Below are positions 42,833 through 53,120 of a stretch of 64,000 bases of DNA, one piece after another. The notes under the pieces were generated by a model that worked only from the letters and a program-made list of their open reading frames with translations, was not told the origin of the DNA and ran no database searches. The stretch's first letter is position 1. Each line of letters begins with the position of its first letter. The DNA comes from an uncultured Oscillospiraceae bacterium. Lineage in GTDB: Bacteria; Bacillota; Clostridia; Oscillospirales; UBA644. The stretch is from contig CAYUWC010000002.1 of the NCBI GenBank assembly GCA_964448355.1, positions 1,995 to 65,994 of the forward strand, read 5' to 3'. A program made the position numbers and the translations under genes.

Positions 42833-45556
42833 ATGGGTCTTTTTAATATTTTCGGCTCGTACAGTCAAAGAGAAGTCAAAAAAGTAAGGGCGTTGGTCGA
42901 AAAGATCAACGCGCTTGAGCCTGCATACAAGGCATTGAGCGATGCGGAGTTGAGAGCGAAAACAGATGAATTTAAAGCACGTCTTAAAAACGGAGAGACG
43001 TTGGACGATATACATTGCGAGGCTTTTGCGGCTGTCAGGGAGGCGGCGGTAAGGGTTATAGGTCAACGCGCGTTCGACACACAGCTTATCGGCGGCACTG
43101 TTTTGCATCAAGGTCGTATAGCCGAGATGAAAACGGGTGAGGGCAAGACGTTATCCGCGGTGTTTCCGTCTTATCTTAATGCGCTTTCGGGCGAGGGTGT
43201 TCACGTTGTAACGGTCAACGATTATCTTGCTCGCAGAGACAGTGAGTGGATGGGTAAGATCCATCGTTTTATGGGGCTTACGGTAGGGCTGATAGCTCAC
43301 GATATCGAGCCGAAAGAGAGAAGGGCCGCATATCTTTGCGATATAACATACGGTACAAACAACGAATTCGGCTTTGACTATCTGCGCGACAATATGGTAC
43401 ATTACAAAGAGGAGAAGGTTCAGCGGGGCCATAATTTTGCGATCGTTGACGAAGTTGACTCCATACTTATCGACGAAGCGAGAACGCCGCTTATTATTTC
43501 CGGTCACGGAGAAGAAAGCGACGAGATGTATGCAAAGGCGTCGGCATTTGTTTCGCGTTTAAAACAAATGAAGATAAAAGAGATGGACACAAAAGAGAGC
43601 TACGATGATGTTGATGCGGACTATGTTGTTGAAGAAAAGCATAAAAACGCGGTTTTAACAAACAACGGTATGGAAAAAGCGCAGCGTGTTTTTAACGTAG
43701 ACAACTGGGCGGATGCCGAAAACGTCGAACTGCAGCATTATGTTAACCAAGCGCTTAAGGCGTGGGGCACGATGCAAAGAGATGTCGATTACGTTGTTAA
43801 AGACGGAGAAGTAATAATAGTTGACGAATTTACGGGGCGACTTATGTACGGCAGACGTTATTCAAACGGGCTGCATCAGTCTATCGAAGCAAAAGAGGGC
43901 GTTAAGATAGAAAACGAATCGCAGACGCTTGCGACGATAACCTTCCAGAACTACTTCAGAATATACTCAAAGCTTTCGGGCATGACCGGTACGGCGATGA
44001 CGGAAGAAGAGGAATTTAACGATATTTACAAGCTTGACGTTATCGAGATCCCGACGAATCTGCCGATGATACGAAAGGACCACAACGATGTTATATACAA
44101 AACGGAGGCGGGAAAATATTCGGCTGTTGTCAAACAAATAAAGGAATGCCACGAAAAAGGTCAGCCGGTACTTGTCGGCACGACAACGATCGAGAAATCC
44201 GAGCTTATAAGCAAGATCTTAAAGCGCGAGGGGATATCTCACAATGTGTTAAACGCCAAGTATCACGACAAAGAAGCGATGATCGTAGCGCAGGCAGGCA
44301 AAAAGGGTGCTGTAACGATCTCGACGAACATGGCGGGCAGAGGTACGGATATTATTTTAGGCGGTAATGCGGAATACATGGCAAAATCCCAGATGATGAA
44401 AGAGGGATTTGAACACGAATATATCGCGGCGGCGACCGGTTTTTCCGAAACGAACGACGAAAACATCATTGCGGCGAAGGCGAGATACAACGAGTTGTAT
44501 TTAAAATACAAGCCCGAAACGGAAAAAGAAGCCGAGCAAGTAAAGCAAGCGGGCGGTCTGTTTATACTCGGCACGGAACGTCACGAATCAAGGCGTATAG
44601 ACAACCAGCTTCGCGGACGTGCGGGCAGACAGGGCGACGTGGGCGAAAGCAGATTTTATCTGTCATTGGAAGATGAGCTTATGCGGCTTTTCGGCGGAGA
44701 AAGGGTCTCGAGCATTGCGGAGATGTTAAACCTGCCGGAGGATCAGCCCATAGACGCAAAGATCCTTTCGAACACGATAGAAAATGCGCAAAAGAAGGTT
44801 GAGAGCAACAACTTCCAACGTCGTAAGCGCACGCTTGAGTATGACGATGTTATAAATCAACAAAGAACGATAATATACGACCAACGCCGCAAAGTTCTTG
44901 ACGGTGAAGATCTGCGTGCGTATATCCTTAAAATGGGTGAAGACATTATTGCGAATGCGGAAGCGCAGTGTCTTGCGGACGATGATCCGAAAAACTGGGA
45001 TCTTGAAGGGCTTCACGAGCGGTTTGACGGGATACTTTTGTCAAAAACAGACCTTACTGGCGATGTTACGTTAAACAAAAAAGAGATCTCGGCAATGCTG
45101 TCGGAGCGTCTTAACGTTGCTTATAACAGAAGCGAGCAGGAGAACACGCCCGAAAAAATGCGTGAGATCGAGAGATATGTGCTGCTGCGCAGTGTTGACA
45201 AGCACTGGATGGAGCATTTGGACGCCATGGACGATCTGAGGCAAGGCGTTTCGCTGCGTTCGTACGGCAACAGAGATCCGCTGACGGAGTATAAGTTCGA
45301 AAGCTTTGATATGTTCGACGAGATGGTAAATCAAATCAAGTTCGACACTGTAAGAGACTGTTTGCGTTTGCGCCTTATCAACAGAGAGATAAAGCGTGAG
45401 CGTGTGGCTAAGATAGACGAAGCGCGTGCGATCAACGCCGGAGGAGAAAAGCCGAGACCCGTTGTTAAAAAAGCGTCGGAAAAAGTCGGAAGAAACGATC
45501 CGTGTCCTTGCGGAAGCGGAAAGAAATACAAGCATTGCTGCGGCAAGAACGAGTAA
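42833..45556 (+). CDS. secA: preprotein translocase ATPase SecA
   Basis: 907 aa. [30 protein letters not shown] and [10 protein letters not shown] are present, along with the C-terminal zinc-finger tail [14 protein letters not shown]. Confidence 0.98.
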   Translation: MGLFNIFGSYSQREVKKVRALVEKINALEPAYKALSDAELRAKTDEFKARLKNGETLDDIHCEAFAAVREAAVRVIGQRAFDTQLIGGTVLHQGRIAEMKTGEGKTLSAVFPSYLNALSGEGVHVVTVNDYLARRDSEWMGKIHRFMGLTVGLIAHDIEPKERRAAYLCDITYGTNNEFGFDYLRDNMVHYKEEKVQRGHNFAIVDEVDSILIDEARTPLIISGHGEESDEMYAKASAFVSRLKQMKIKEMDTKESYDDVDADYVVEEKHKNAVLTNNGMEKAQRVFNVDNWADAENVELQHYVNQALKAWGTMQRDVDYVVKDGEVIIVDEFTGRLMYGRRYSNGLHQSIEAKEGVKIENESQTLATITFQNYFRIYSKLSGMTGTAMTEEEEFNDIYKLDVIEIPTNLPMIRKDHNDVIYKTEAGKYSAVVKQIKECHEKGQPVLVGTTTIEKSELISKILKREGISHNVLNAKYHDKEAMIVAQAGKKGAVTISTNMAGRGTDIILGGNAEYMAKSQMMKEGFEHEYIAAATGFSETNDENIIAAKARYNELYLKYKPETEKEAEQVKQAGGLFILGTERHESRRIDNQLRGRAGRQGDVGESRFYLSLEDELMRLFGGERVSSIAEMLNLPEDQPIDAKILSNTIENAQKKVESNNFQRRKRTLEYDDVINQQRTIIYDQRRKVLDGEDLRAYILKMGEDIIANAEAQCLADDDPKNWDLEGLHERFDGILLSKTDLTGDVTLNKKEISAMLSERLNVAYNRSEQENTPEKMREIERYVLLRSVDKHWMEHLDAMDDLRQGVSLRSYGNRDPLTEYKFESFDMFDEMVNQIKFDTVRDCLRLRLINREIKRERVAKIDEARAINAGGEKPRPVVKKASEKVGRNDPCPCGSGKKYKHCCGKNE

Positions 45557-45574
45557 GATGTTAAAACAAAAGTT

Positions 45575-46270
45575 ATGACAAAAGAATTTATTACAAGAAA
45601 ATTCAGCGACAGGAATATTCCGTTGAACGAAACACAGGCAAAGCAGTTTTCGGATTATTGCAATTTGCTTTCGGAGTGGTCACAAAAGATGAATTTAACG
45701 GCGATAACGGACGAAGAACAGATCGTCGAGCGTCATTTTATCGACAGTCTTTTGCCTCTCGGCTCGGAATGTGTAAAACTCGGCGCGGAATGTGCCGATG
45801 TCGGAACGGGCGCAGGGTTTCCGGGCGTTCCGATAGCGATAATGAGACCGGACGTGAAGATGCTGCTGATAGATTCGCTGCAAAAGCGGCTCGGTTTTTT
45901 AAACACCGTGATCTCCGCTCTTGGTTTAACAAACTGCGAAACGCTGCATATTCGTGCGGAGGACGCCGCAAAAAGAGAGCTGCGAGAGCGGTTTGACGTT
46001 GTGTTTTCGCGTGCTGTCGCAAAAACCGTGTCTTTAACGGAGCTTTGTTTGCCGCTTGTGCGAGAGGGCGGATATATGCTTGCGTTAAAATCCGTGGCAG
46101 TGCATGACGAACTTGACGAGGCAAAAAACGCAATAGCCATCCTCGGTGGCGGCGATGTTAAAATATTCGGTTCGGACGAGCGGAATATGATAGTTGTTAA
46201 AAAAATAAAAAAGACGCCGATCGGTTATCCTCGAAAAGCGGGGAAAGCCGTCAGCGACCCGATATATTAA
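45575..46270 (+). CDS. rsmG: 16S rRNA (guanine527-N7)-methyltransferase RsmG (GidB)
   Basis: 231 aa. NLTAITDEEQIVERHFIDSL, the SAM motif DVGTGAGFPGVPIAI, and SRAVA are present. Confidence 0.9.
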   Translation: MTKEFITRKFSDRNIPLNETQAKQFSDYCNLLSEWSQKMNLTAITDEEQIVERHFIDSLLPLGSECVKLGAECADVGTGAGFPGVPIAIMRPDVKMLLIDSLQKRLGFLNTVISALGLTNCETLHIRAEDAAKRELRERFDVVFSRAVAKTVSLTELCLPLVREGGYMLALKSVAVHDELDEAKNAIAILGGGDVKIFGSDERNMIVVKKIKKTPIGYPRKAGKAVSDPIY

Positions 46271-46277
46271 GAACAAA

Positions 46278-46313
46278 CCCTGCAAGGATCAACGTACTTG
46301 CAGGGTAATTTTT
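46278..46313 (+). terminator. rho-independent terminator after rsmG
   Basis: CCCTGCAAG, a 10-nt loop, then CTTGCAGGG, followed by TAATTTTT. Confidence 0.65.
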
Positions 46314-46465
46314 CGGATATTTTTAAATAAAGGCTTGCCGTGTTATTCGACGTGTTTCCGAAACGCTCCCGCATTGCACTTAAAAAGAGAAGCTTACGAT
46401 TGCAAATACGGAAAGGTTCGGGGAAAGATAAAACCGCCGCAGAGATGTGAAACATCTGCGTTGAG

Positions 46466-47725
46466 TTATATTTTCAACATCGGGCGCAATCTCGAAAGGG
46501 TTATCCTGTTTCGCATAAAGCAGTGATATGCCATTGCGTCGTCAACAAGGCGATCGTTAAGTTGAGCGTCCTTAGGCTCGACCGTTGCGCCTGCGGCGTT
46601 CATAAGGCGGATAAGTTCGCTTGTTTCGGGAACGTATTTATTGACGATTGCTTTTATATCCTGCCATTTATCGTATAAAATATCGGGAGAAATATTTGCG
46701 GTGATGGGAACGGTGTTGAGCGCTGCGACGTCTTTGTACAAAACAGGACCGTAGGCTTTTTCGACGCTTGCCCAGTCTATTTGTTCGGGACCGGGGAAAA
46801 CATCGGGTATTTGCGCAAGTTTGCGGTAAACATCTGCGATCTTAACGGTCGCAATGCCTACGAGTTTGCCGTGATATTCGTGGTCTCCGAGCTGTTCGAG
46901 CTGCTTTATCTCCCAAAAATGGGCTATCATATGCTCTGCGCCCGATGCGGGGCGTGAAACTCCGACGAGTGACATTGAAAGTCCGGATAAAACAAGGGCT
47001 TCCATTTCCGCTTTTGCCGCAGATTCGTCGTTAAGCAAAAGTCTGTCGGAAAGAGAAATGAGCGTATCGACAACGTTTTCGACAAGCTCCGCCACGTTTT
47101 GGCAGAAATATTCGCCCGTTACAATGCGTGATATCTCCCAGTCTGCGCGAGCGATTTTTTTGCCTATAACATCGCCGAAGCCTGCGGCTTTAAGCTCTGC
47201 CGGAGCTGCGGCGAGGATCTTTGTGTCGGCAAGGATAACGGACGGCTGTTTTGCGGAATACGTAACTTTAAAGCCCTCGTCGCTGATTATCGGGCAAACG
47301 GACGATGCGAATCCGTCCATAGAGGGAGCGGTACCGAAGATGGCAAGCTCCTTTTTTTCGAGGAATGCTGCGTATCGGCAAATATCGTTTACGGAGCCTG
47401 TTCCGACGGAAAGGATAGCATCGCAATCCGAGCAAAGATCGCATATTGCACGCACCTCGGAAACGAGCGGTTTTTTCATCAGCGGGTATATGTGTTGTTT
47501 AACAATAAATCCGCTTTTTTCAAGGCATTCGACGATACCGTCCGCAGCGGAAAACGCCGGAACGTCCGACACCAAAAGTATCCTTTTAGGAAAACCGTTT
47601 TGCTTGAGTATCTTGCCTGTTTCGTATACGACACCGCTATCTATCTCGACCGCTTTGATAGACGACACGTGTTCTTTGCCGCACGGGCAGTTTTTATAAT
47701 TTTCGAGTAATTTATTAAGATCCAT
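46466..47725 (-). CDS. sn-glycerol-1-phosphate dehydrogenase-like protein (AraM/EgsA branch of iron-containing alcohol dehydrogenases)
   Basis: From memory it is collinear with B. subtilis AraM. Matching strings are GTGSVNDICRYAAF, TAPSMDGFAS, AAGFGDVIGKKIARADWEISR and SRPASGAEHMIAHFWE. Confidence 0.7.
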   Translation of the reverse strand: MDLNKLLENYKNCPCGKEHVSSIKAVEIDSGVVYETGKILKQNGFPKRILLVSDVPAFSAADGIVECLEKSGFIVKQHIYPLMKKPLVSEVRAICDLCSDCDAILSVGTGSVNDICRYAAFLEKKELAIFGTAPSMDGFASSVCPIISDEGFKVTYSAKQPSVILADTKILAAAPAELKAAGFGDVIGKKIARADWEISRIVTGEYFCQNVAELVENVVDTLISLSDRLLLNDESAAKAEMEALVLSGLSMSLVGVSRPASGAEHMIAHFWEIKQLEQLGDHEYHGKLVGIATVKIADVYRKLAQIPDVFPGPEQIDWASVEKAYGPVLYKDVAALNTVPITANISPDILYDKWQDIKAIVNKYVPETSELIRLMNAAGATVEPKDAQLNDRLVDDAMAYHCFMRNRITLSRLRPMLKI

Positions 47726-47826
47726 TTTTTTACCTTTCAGTAATTATTATACTTATGCGGATAGCTGTCTTCCGTATATAACAAAAGATATTTCGTTATT
47801 GCGAAGACCTGATCCAAATGATGATA

Positions 47827-48546
47827 TCACGTTTCGGCAACTTTGTCAAGATGTAAAACAAAGATACTTGTTTTTTCGTCCTCCGTAAGTCTTCTTGCGA
47901 TACCGGGGCCGAGCGTCGAATCGAGGCGCAAGCCGCCTATCTGTAAACGTTTAAGGTAGAGGACTTTGTTTCCCGTTATCGAAAAAAGACGTTTTACTTC
48001 GTGATATTTACCCTCGCTTACGGTAATATACGCGCTTTTGTCCTCCCCTGCTTCGAGTTTTGCGGGCAGGAAGCGGTCGCCGTTTTGCGTTGTTAAACCG
48101 GAGGCGAAAGCGACGATATCGTCATTTGAGACCTCGTGCTCAAGCTCGGCATAATATATCTTTTTTATATTTCGAGACGGAGCCGTTACGGAATGCGCAA
48201 AATCGCCGTCATTTGTTATAAGAAGAAGGCCCTCGGTATCTTTATCCAGTCTTCCGACGGTAAAAAGTCCTTTTTTATACAGTTCTTTCGGGACAAGGCG
48301 CAAAACGCTGTCGTCGCCTTCGTTTGAACAGACGTAGCCGGCAGGCTTGTTAAGCATAAGATATATAAACTCGTCGGTGTTTAAACACCGGCCGTCGAGG
48401 CAAATACTTGCATTATCGTCGATCTTTGCCGACGGGGAGCGGACGGGGAGCCCGTCTACCGTAACTCGGCCGGAACATATGGCTTTGCGGGCTTCGCTGC
48501 GTGAACAGACGCCGGAATTGGCTAAAATGTTGTCAAGTCGCTTCAT
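47827..48546 (-). CDS. RsuA/RluB-family rRNA pseudouridine synthase
   Basis: It has an S4 domain N-terminus (MKRLDNILANSGVCSRSEARKAI), then LNKPAGYV and the catalytic GRLDKDTEGLLLITNDG. I trimmed to the ATG at 48546, because the track extension to 48696 would run through the SRP RNA gene. Confidence 0.85.
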   Translation of the reverse strand: MKRLDNILANSGVCSRSEARKAICSGRVTVDGLPVRSPSAKIDDNASICLDGRCLNTDEFIYLMLNKPAGYVCSNEGDDSVLRLVPKELYKKGLFTVGRLDKDTEGLLLITNDGDFAHSVTAPSRNIKKIYYAELEHEVSNDDIVAFASGLTTQNGDRFLPAKLEAGEDKSAYITVSEGKYHEVKRLFSITGNKVLYLKRLQIGGLRLDSTLGPGIARRLTEDEKTSIFVLHLDKVAET

Positions 48547-48592
48547 AGAAAAAATACTCCGTGAAAATAATATGAAATTTCGCTTTTCCCTC

Positions 48593-48621
48593 TTGATTTT
48601 AAGGATAAAATAGTGTATAAT
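48593..48621 (+). promoter_or_regulatory. sigma-A promoter of the SRP RNA gene
   Basis: TTGATT (48593-48598), then 17 nt, then TATAAT (48616-48621). Confidence 0.6.
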
Positions 48622-48629
48622 AGTATTTA

Positions 48630-48736
48630 AGGCGGGTCCTGCGTGACTTTGCGTGCGAACCATGTCAGGCGGGGAACCGAGCAGCATTAAGCACATACAA
48701 AGGGCACAGCAGGGAACCCGTCTTTTTATTTTTTTT
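48630..48736 (+). ncRNA. ffs: signal recognition particle RNA, small (4.5S-like) type, including its terminator U-tract
   Basis: GUCAGGCGGGGAACCGAGCAGC matches the conserved domain IV motif (cf. E. coli GUCAGGUCCGGAAGGAAGCAGC) and has a GGAA tetraloop. The 5' GGCGGGUCCUGCGUG pairs with the 3' CACAGCAGGGAACCCGUC. A T-run lies at 48723-48736. The gene sits directly upstream of dnaX, as in many Firmicutes. Confidence 0.8.
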
Positions 48737-48749
48737 AACGGACAAAATT

Positions 48750-50471
48750 ATGCAAAAAACAGCACTTTACAGAAAATACAGGCCTCTCACTTTTTCGGAA
48801 GTTTACGGTCAAGACCATATAACGCTTCCTCTTCGCAGGCAAATAGCAAGCGAGGCGATCGGGCACGCATATCTTTTTACTGGAACGCGCGGAACGGGCA
48901 AAACGACCTGCGCAAAGATATTTTCACGTGCGATAAACTGTCTTAACCCGAAAGACGGTGAGCCGTGCAACGAATGTTCGGTTTGCAAGGGCATTCTCGA
49001 CGGCAGTATTTTCGATGTTTACGAGATCGACGCCGCATCGAACACAGGTGTTGAAAACATACGTGATATAAGGGACGACATTGCCTACGCCCCGATCACG
49101 GCAAAATATAAAGTGTATATTATCGACGAGGTGCATATGCTTTCGACGGGTGCATTTAACGCACTATTAAAAACGCTCGAAGAGCCGCCGGAGCACGTTG
49201 TTTTCATTCTTGCGACGACGGAGCCGCATAAAGTACCTGCAACGATACTTTCGCGTTGCCAACGTTTTGATTTTTTTCGTTTAAACATCAAAACACTGAC
49301 CGCCGTTCTCGAATCGGTATTGGCGCGCGAGGGCAAGGTGTTAAACAAAGATTCGATATCTCTCGTTGCGGACATTGCGGACGGCTCGGTAAGAGATTCG
49401 CTGTCGATACTCGACAGGGTTTTGGAGCTTGATTCACCGGAGCAAATAGAGCGTTCTCTCGGCGTTATAGGCAAATCGAAACTTTACAACACTGTACGAC
49501 ACATTGCAAACGCAGACACGACAGCGCTTTACTCACTTGTAGGCGAGATGTATTCCGCGTCTGCGGATATGGGTGTTTTTGCAGAGGAGCTTGCGGAAGT
49601 TTTCAGACGGATACTTGCCGCCAAATCGGCGACGGAACCCGAAAAAGTGATCGATGTTTCGGACGATGAGCTGCAAAAGATCAAAGAGCTATGCCCTCTG
49701 TTTTCGGAGCAATATTTGATCTATGCGATAAAAATGCTGCGACAGGTACGGCAGGCGATATCGAAAGGCACGGACGCGCGCGCGGAGGTCGAAGTATGTC
49801 TGCTTATGTTGGCAAAACCTTCTCTTTCCGAAGATGCTGCGGCGTTAACGGCACGGATAGAAGTGCTTGAAAACAAGGTCGAAAGTCTTGCAAACGGCAG
49901 TATGCGAAACGTTGTTCCGTCGCCGAAGCCGGAATATCCGAAAGAAGACGCGGCTGTAAGCCGTGTGTTAAAACAGGAAAGTCCGATTGAGGATACTTCT
50001 GTTAAAACAAAAACGAAAGGCACAGCTCAAACGACCGAAAGTTCCGACGGCTATCATAAGGAAGAAACGCCTGTAAGCCGTGTATCAAAACAGGAAAGTC
50101 CGATTGAGGATACTTCTGTTAAAACAAAAACGGAAGACACAGCTCAAACGACCGAAAATTCCGACGCATGGCGTGAATATCAGACATTAGACGAGATCGC
50201 GTTGCGGATAAAAGATATGTCAACGCAAATGCTGTTAAGATATTATTCGAAAGCCGTGTACAGGAACAAAGAGATCGTTATAATAACGGCGAAGCAGACG
50301 GATGTTGACGCATTAAAGAAGAACATAGAGCAGATACGGGCGGCGTTTGAAGCCGATCACAAGACCGGGCGGATAATAACCGTTGAGCGAGGGGATGACA
50401 CGGCAAAATACGTAGGCAGCACGTATGCTTATGATAATATAGAAACAAATCCAATGTTCAAAATAGAATAA
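48750..50471 (+). CDS. dnaX: DNA polymerase III subunit gamma/tau
   Basis: YRKYRPLTFSEVYGQ, GTRGTGKTT, the zinc module CNECSVCKG, and IIDEVHMLS are present. Confidence 0.95.
   Translation: MQKTALYRKYRPLTFSEVYGQDHITLPLRRQIASEAIGHAYLFTGTRGTGKTTCAKIFSRAINCLNPKDGEPCNECSVCKGILDGSIFDVYEIDAASNTGVENIRDIRDDIAYAPITAKYKVYIIDEVHMLSTGAFNALLKTLEEPPEHVVFILATTEPHKVPATILSRCQRFDFFRLNIKTLTAVLESVLAREGKVLNKDSISLVADIADGSVRDSLSILDRVLELDSPEQIERSLGVIGKSKLYNTVRHIANADTTALYSLVGEMYSASADMGVFAEELAEVFRRILAAKSATEPEKVIDVSDDELQKIKELCPLFSEQYLIYAIKMLRQVRQAISKGTDARAEVEVCLLMLAKPSLSEDAAALTARIEVLENKVESLANGSMRNVVPSPKPEYPKEDAAVSRVLKQESPIEDTSVKTKTKGTAQTTESSDGYHKEETPVSRVSKQESPIEDTSVKTKTEDTAQTTENSDAWREYQTLDEIALRIKDMSTQMLLRYYSKAVYRNKEIVIITAKQTDVDALKKNIEQIRAAFEADHKTGRIITVERGDDTAKYVGSTYAYDNIETNPMFKIE
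49954..50187 (+). repeat. in-frame 117-bp (39-codon) tandem duplication inside dnaX
   Basis: ctgtaagccgtgt starts at both 49954 and 50071. The peptide units are VSRVLKQESPIEDTSVKTKTKGTAQTTESSD and VSRVSKQESPIEDTSVKTKTEDTAQTTENSD. Confidence 0.85.
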
Positions 50472-50487
50472 AGTTAGGAGAAACGAT

Positions 50488-50841
50488 ATGAAAGTAAGAA
50501 TACCGAACCAAGGCGGCGGAAATCCGCAAGCGATGATGAGGCAGATAACAAAATTGCAGGACGACATGAAGGCGAAGCAAGACGAGCTTGACGCGCGTGA
50601 GTACGAGGTATCGTCCGGCGGCGGAATGGTTAAAGTGAAGATTCTCGGAACGAAGCAGATAACGTCGGTAAAAATAGATCCGTCGGTTGTTTCCGGTGAA
50701 GCGGAAGATGTTGAGATGCTGGAAGATATGCTTGTTGCGGCTGTTAACGAAGCGATCGAAACCGTTGAAAAAACGAATGACGAAGAGATGCAGAAGCTTA
50801 CGGCTGCCGCAAAACTGCCCAACATTCCGGGGCTTATATGA
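50488..50841 (+). CDS. ybaB: YbaB/EbfC-family nucleoid-associated protein
   Basis: 117 aa. MMRQITKLQDDMKAKQDEL and the conserved dnaX-ybaB-recR synteny support the call. Confidence 0.9.
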   Translation: MKVRIPNQGGGNPQAMMRQITKLQDDMKAKQDELDAREYEVSSGGGMVKVKILGTKQITSVKIDPSVVSGEAEDVEMLEDMLVAAVNEAIETVEKTNDEEMQKLTAAAKLPNIPGLI

Positions 50842-51434
50842 GCAAGATAGTATCTCTTGATATTTTAACAGACTGTTTTCGCAGACTTCCGGGCGTTGGT
50901 TCGAAGATGGCAGCGCGATTGGCGTTGCACGTGACAAAGATGCCTGAGGCGAAGGTGGAGGAGTTTGCGCAGGCGTTGTTAAACGCGAAAAAGCTTATCC
51001 ACAAATGTCCGGTCTGTAAAAATTTAACGGACGGAGAAGTATGTTCCGTATGTTCGGATGTTAAACGAGACAGAAGCATTGTTTGCGTTGTTGAGACGCC
51101 CACGGACGTGATGGCGATCGACAAGGCAAAGGATTACCGTGGTCTGTTTCACGTTCTGCACGGTGTTATTTCGCCGATGGACGGGATCGGTCCGGACGAC
51201 ATATATATAAAAGAGCTGATAGCTCGGCTTGAAAGCGGAGAGATAAAGGAAGTTATCTTAGCGACGAATCCGACTGTTGAGGGCGACACTACCGCCCTTT
51301 ACATTTCGAGATTGATAAAGCCGCTCGGTGTTAAAGTAACGAGATTGGCATTCGGTATCCCGATAGGAGGGGATCTCGAATATACGGATGAGATGACCCT
51401 TTCATTGGCGATAGAGAACAGAAGGGATCTTTAA
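50838..51434 (+). CDS. recR: recombination protein RecR
   Basis: 198 aa. LPGVGSKMAARLA (HhH), the C4 zinc finger CPVCKNLTDGEVCSVC, and a Toprim region are present. Confidence 0.95.
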   Translation: MSKIVSLDILTDCFRRLPGVGSKMAARLALHVTKMPEAKVEEFAQALLNAKKLIHKCPVCKNLTDGEVCSVCSDVKRDRSIVCVVETPTDVMAIDKAKDYRGLFHVLHGVISPMDGIGPDDIYIKELIARLESGEIKEVILATNPTVEGDTTALYISRLIKPLGVKVTRLAFGIPIGGDLEYTDEMTLSLAIENRRDL

Positions 51435-51835
51435 TGACGAACGAAGAAAGAGACGAGAGGCGGCAAGAGGCGCTGGCATACTCGCCGTTGACGCTTGCAT
51501 ATCTCGGAGATTGTGTTTACGAGCTGCTTGTGCGCGAATATCTTGTTAACAAAGGCAACAAACCGAACGGAAAGCTTCACGACGAAGCGACGAGGTTTGT
51601 CAGCTCCGCAGGGCAAAGCGAAGCATTTTTCGTCATCAAGCCGATGTTGACGGAAGAAGAGATGGTGATGTTCAAACGCGGACGAAATGCGCATTCTGTT
51701 CCTAACAAAAATAACAATGCCGACGAATACCGCAGGGCTACCGGTTTGGAGACATTGTTCGGGTATTTGCAGCTTTGCGGGGATCTGGACAGGATAGGCG
51801 AACTTTTTGACGCAATCGTAAAAAGCAGGGAATAG
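51434..51835 (+). CDS. mrnC: mini-ribonuclease 3
   Basis: 133 aa. LAYLGDCVYELLVREYL and YRRATGLETLFGYL are RNase III-like catalytic motifs. Confidence 0.85.
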   Translation: MTNEERDERRQEALAYSPLTLAYLGDCVYELLVREYLVNKGNKPNGKLHDEATRFVSSAGQSEAFFVIKPMLTEEEMVMFKRGRNAHSVPNKNNNADEYRRATGLETLFGYLQLCGDLDRIGELFDAIVKSRE

Positions 51836-51846
51836 TGGTGCAGCAT

Positions 51847-52719
51847 ATGAAAATGAAGATGAAGGATATATTAACGGATCTCGTTACCTTTTTTATAGGC
51901 AGTTTTATATATTCGATCGCGATCAACACATTTACGCTTCCGAACCTGATAGCTCCGGGCGGTATGACGGGCATTGCGACGATAATATACCATTTTACCG
52001 GTCTTCCCATCGGAACATTGTCCCTTGTTTTGAACATACCGTTGTTTTTGATAACCTTAAAAGTCATGGGGCTTAAATCGCTGCTGCGTGTGTTGGAATC
52101 CTCTGTGTTCTTTTATATAATGACCGATATAACGGCTCCGTTCCTGCCCGAATACACGGAAAACATAGTCATTGCGGCGATATTCGGCGGCGTATTTTCG
52201 GGTTTGGGAATAGGCTTGATAACGACGCGCGGCGTATCCACGGGCGGTACGGACCTGATGGCGCAGCTTGTTATGAAAAAGTTCCACGCAGTGTCTTACG
52301 GCACGATGTTAACGATAATCGACGCTATAATCGTTGTTATAGCGGCAATAGCTTTCAATGACATGAATTCGATGCTTTATGCCGCGATAACGATATATAT
52401 CACGGGTATAGTTATCGACAAAGTGACGAGCGGACTTAATCACGCAAAGCTCGTGCAGGTTATAACGGACGACCCGAAGCTTTTGTCGGAGCGGATAATA
52501 CAGCAAATGAATCGCGGTGCGACGTTGATAAAGGCGAAAGGCGCATATACGGGTAACGATAAAGAGATGGTCTTCATCGTTGTTAAACGCTACGAAATGC
52601 AAAAGCTCAAAGATCTGATCAGACGAACGGACCCGAAAGCATTCACGATAGTGGGAGATGTTTCTGAGGTTTTGGGCGAAGGCTTCAACGCATATATTGA
52701 TGGGTCCGATAATAAATAA
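51847..52719 (+). CDS. YitT-family membrane protein (with a C-terminal DUF2179-like domain)
   Basis: It has five or six TM helices, LPNLIAPGGMTGIA, and a soluble C-terminus VITDDPKLLSERI...GATLIKAKGAYTG. The start is uncertain (GTG at 51835 or ATG at 51847). Confidence 0.7.
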   Translation: MKMKMKDILTDLVTFFIGSFIYSIAINTFTLPNLIAPGGMTGIATIIYHFTGLPIGTLSLVLNIPLFLITLKVMGLKSLLRVLESSVFFYIMTDITAPFLPEYTENIVIAAIFGGVFSGLGIGLITTRGVSTGGTDLMAQLVMKKFHAVSYGTMLTIIDAIIVVIAAIAFNDMNSMLYAAITIYITGIVIDKVTSGLNHAKLVQVITDDPKLLSERIIQQMNRGATLIKAKGAYTGNDKEMVFIVVKRYEMQKLKDLIRRTDPKAFTIVGDVSEVLGEGFNAYIDGSDNK

Positions 52720-52768
52720 TAACATTTTTCGCTTGAAAAGTCAAGGAAAGCGATGTTAAAAACAGAAA

Positions 52769-52803
52769 AAAGCGCAAGGAATATAAAAATTCTTTGCGCT
52801 TTT
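52769..52803. terminator. bidirectional intrinsic terminator between the yitT-like gene and rpmB
   Basis: AAGCGCAAGGAAT, a 6-nt loop, then ATTCTTTGCGCTT (one G-T pair). An A-run lies 5' and a T-run 3'. Confidence 0.7.
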
Positions 52804-52868
52804 GATTATGCTGTTAAATTTAAAGCGGAGCCTTTCGCCTTTAGCGGGCGGAGAGCATCTGCGTTAGA

Positions 52869-53054
52869 TTATACGCGTGTGACCTTGCCGGAGCGAAGAC
52901 AGGACGTGCAAACATAAACATGCTTCACGGAACCGTCTACAACGGCTTTGACACGGCGAACATTTGCTTTCCAAGGTCTGTTGGTATGTCTGTTAGAGTG
53001 AGAGACCTTGCAACCGAAAACTACGCCTTTACCGCAGTATTCACATTTTGCCAT
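52869..53054 (-). CDS. rpmB: 50S ribosomal protein L28
   Basis: 61 aa: MAKCEYCGKGVVFGCKVSHSNRHTNRPWKANVRRV. Confidence 0.95.
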   Translation of the reverse strand: MAKCEYCGKGVVFGCKVSHSNRHTNRPWKANVRRVKAVVDGSVKHVYVCTSCLRSGKVTRV

Positions 53055-53120
53055 GACTGTACACCTCCGTTTGAAATGACAATATAAATCGTAATAATGT
53101 TGATCCTAAATTCCGCTGTT

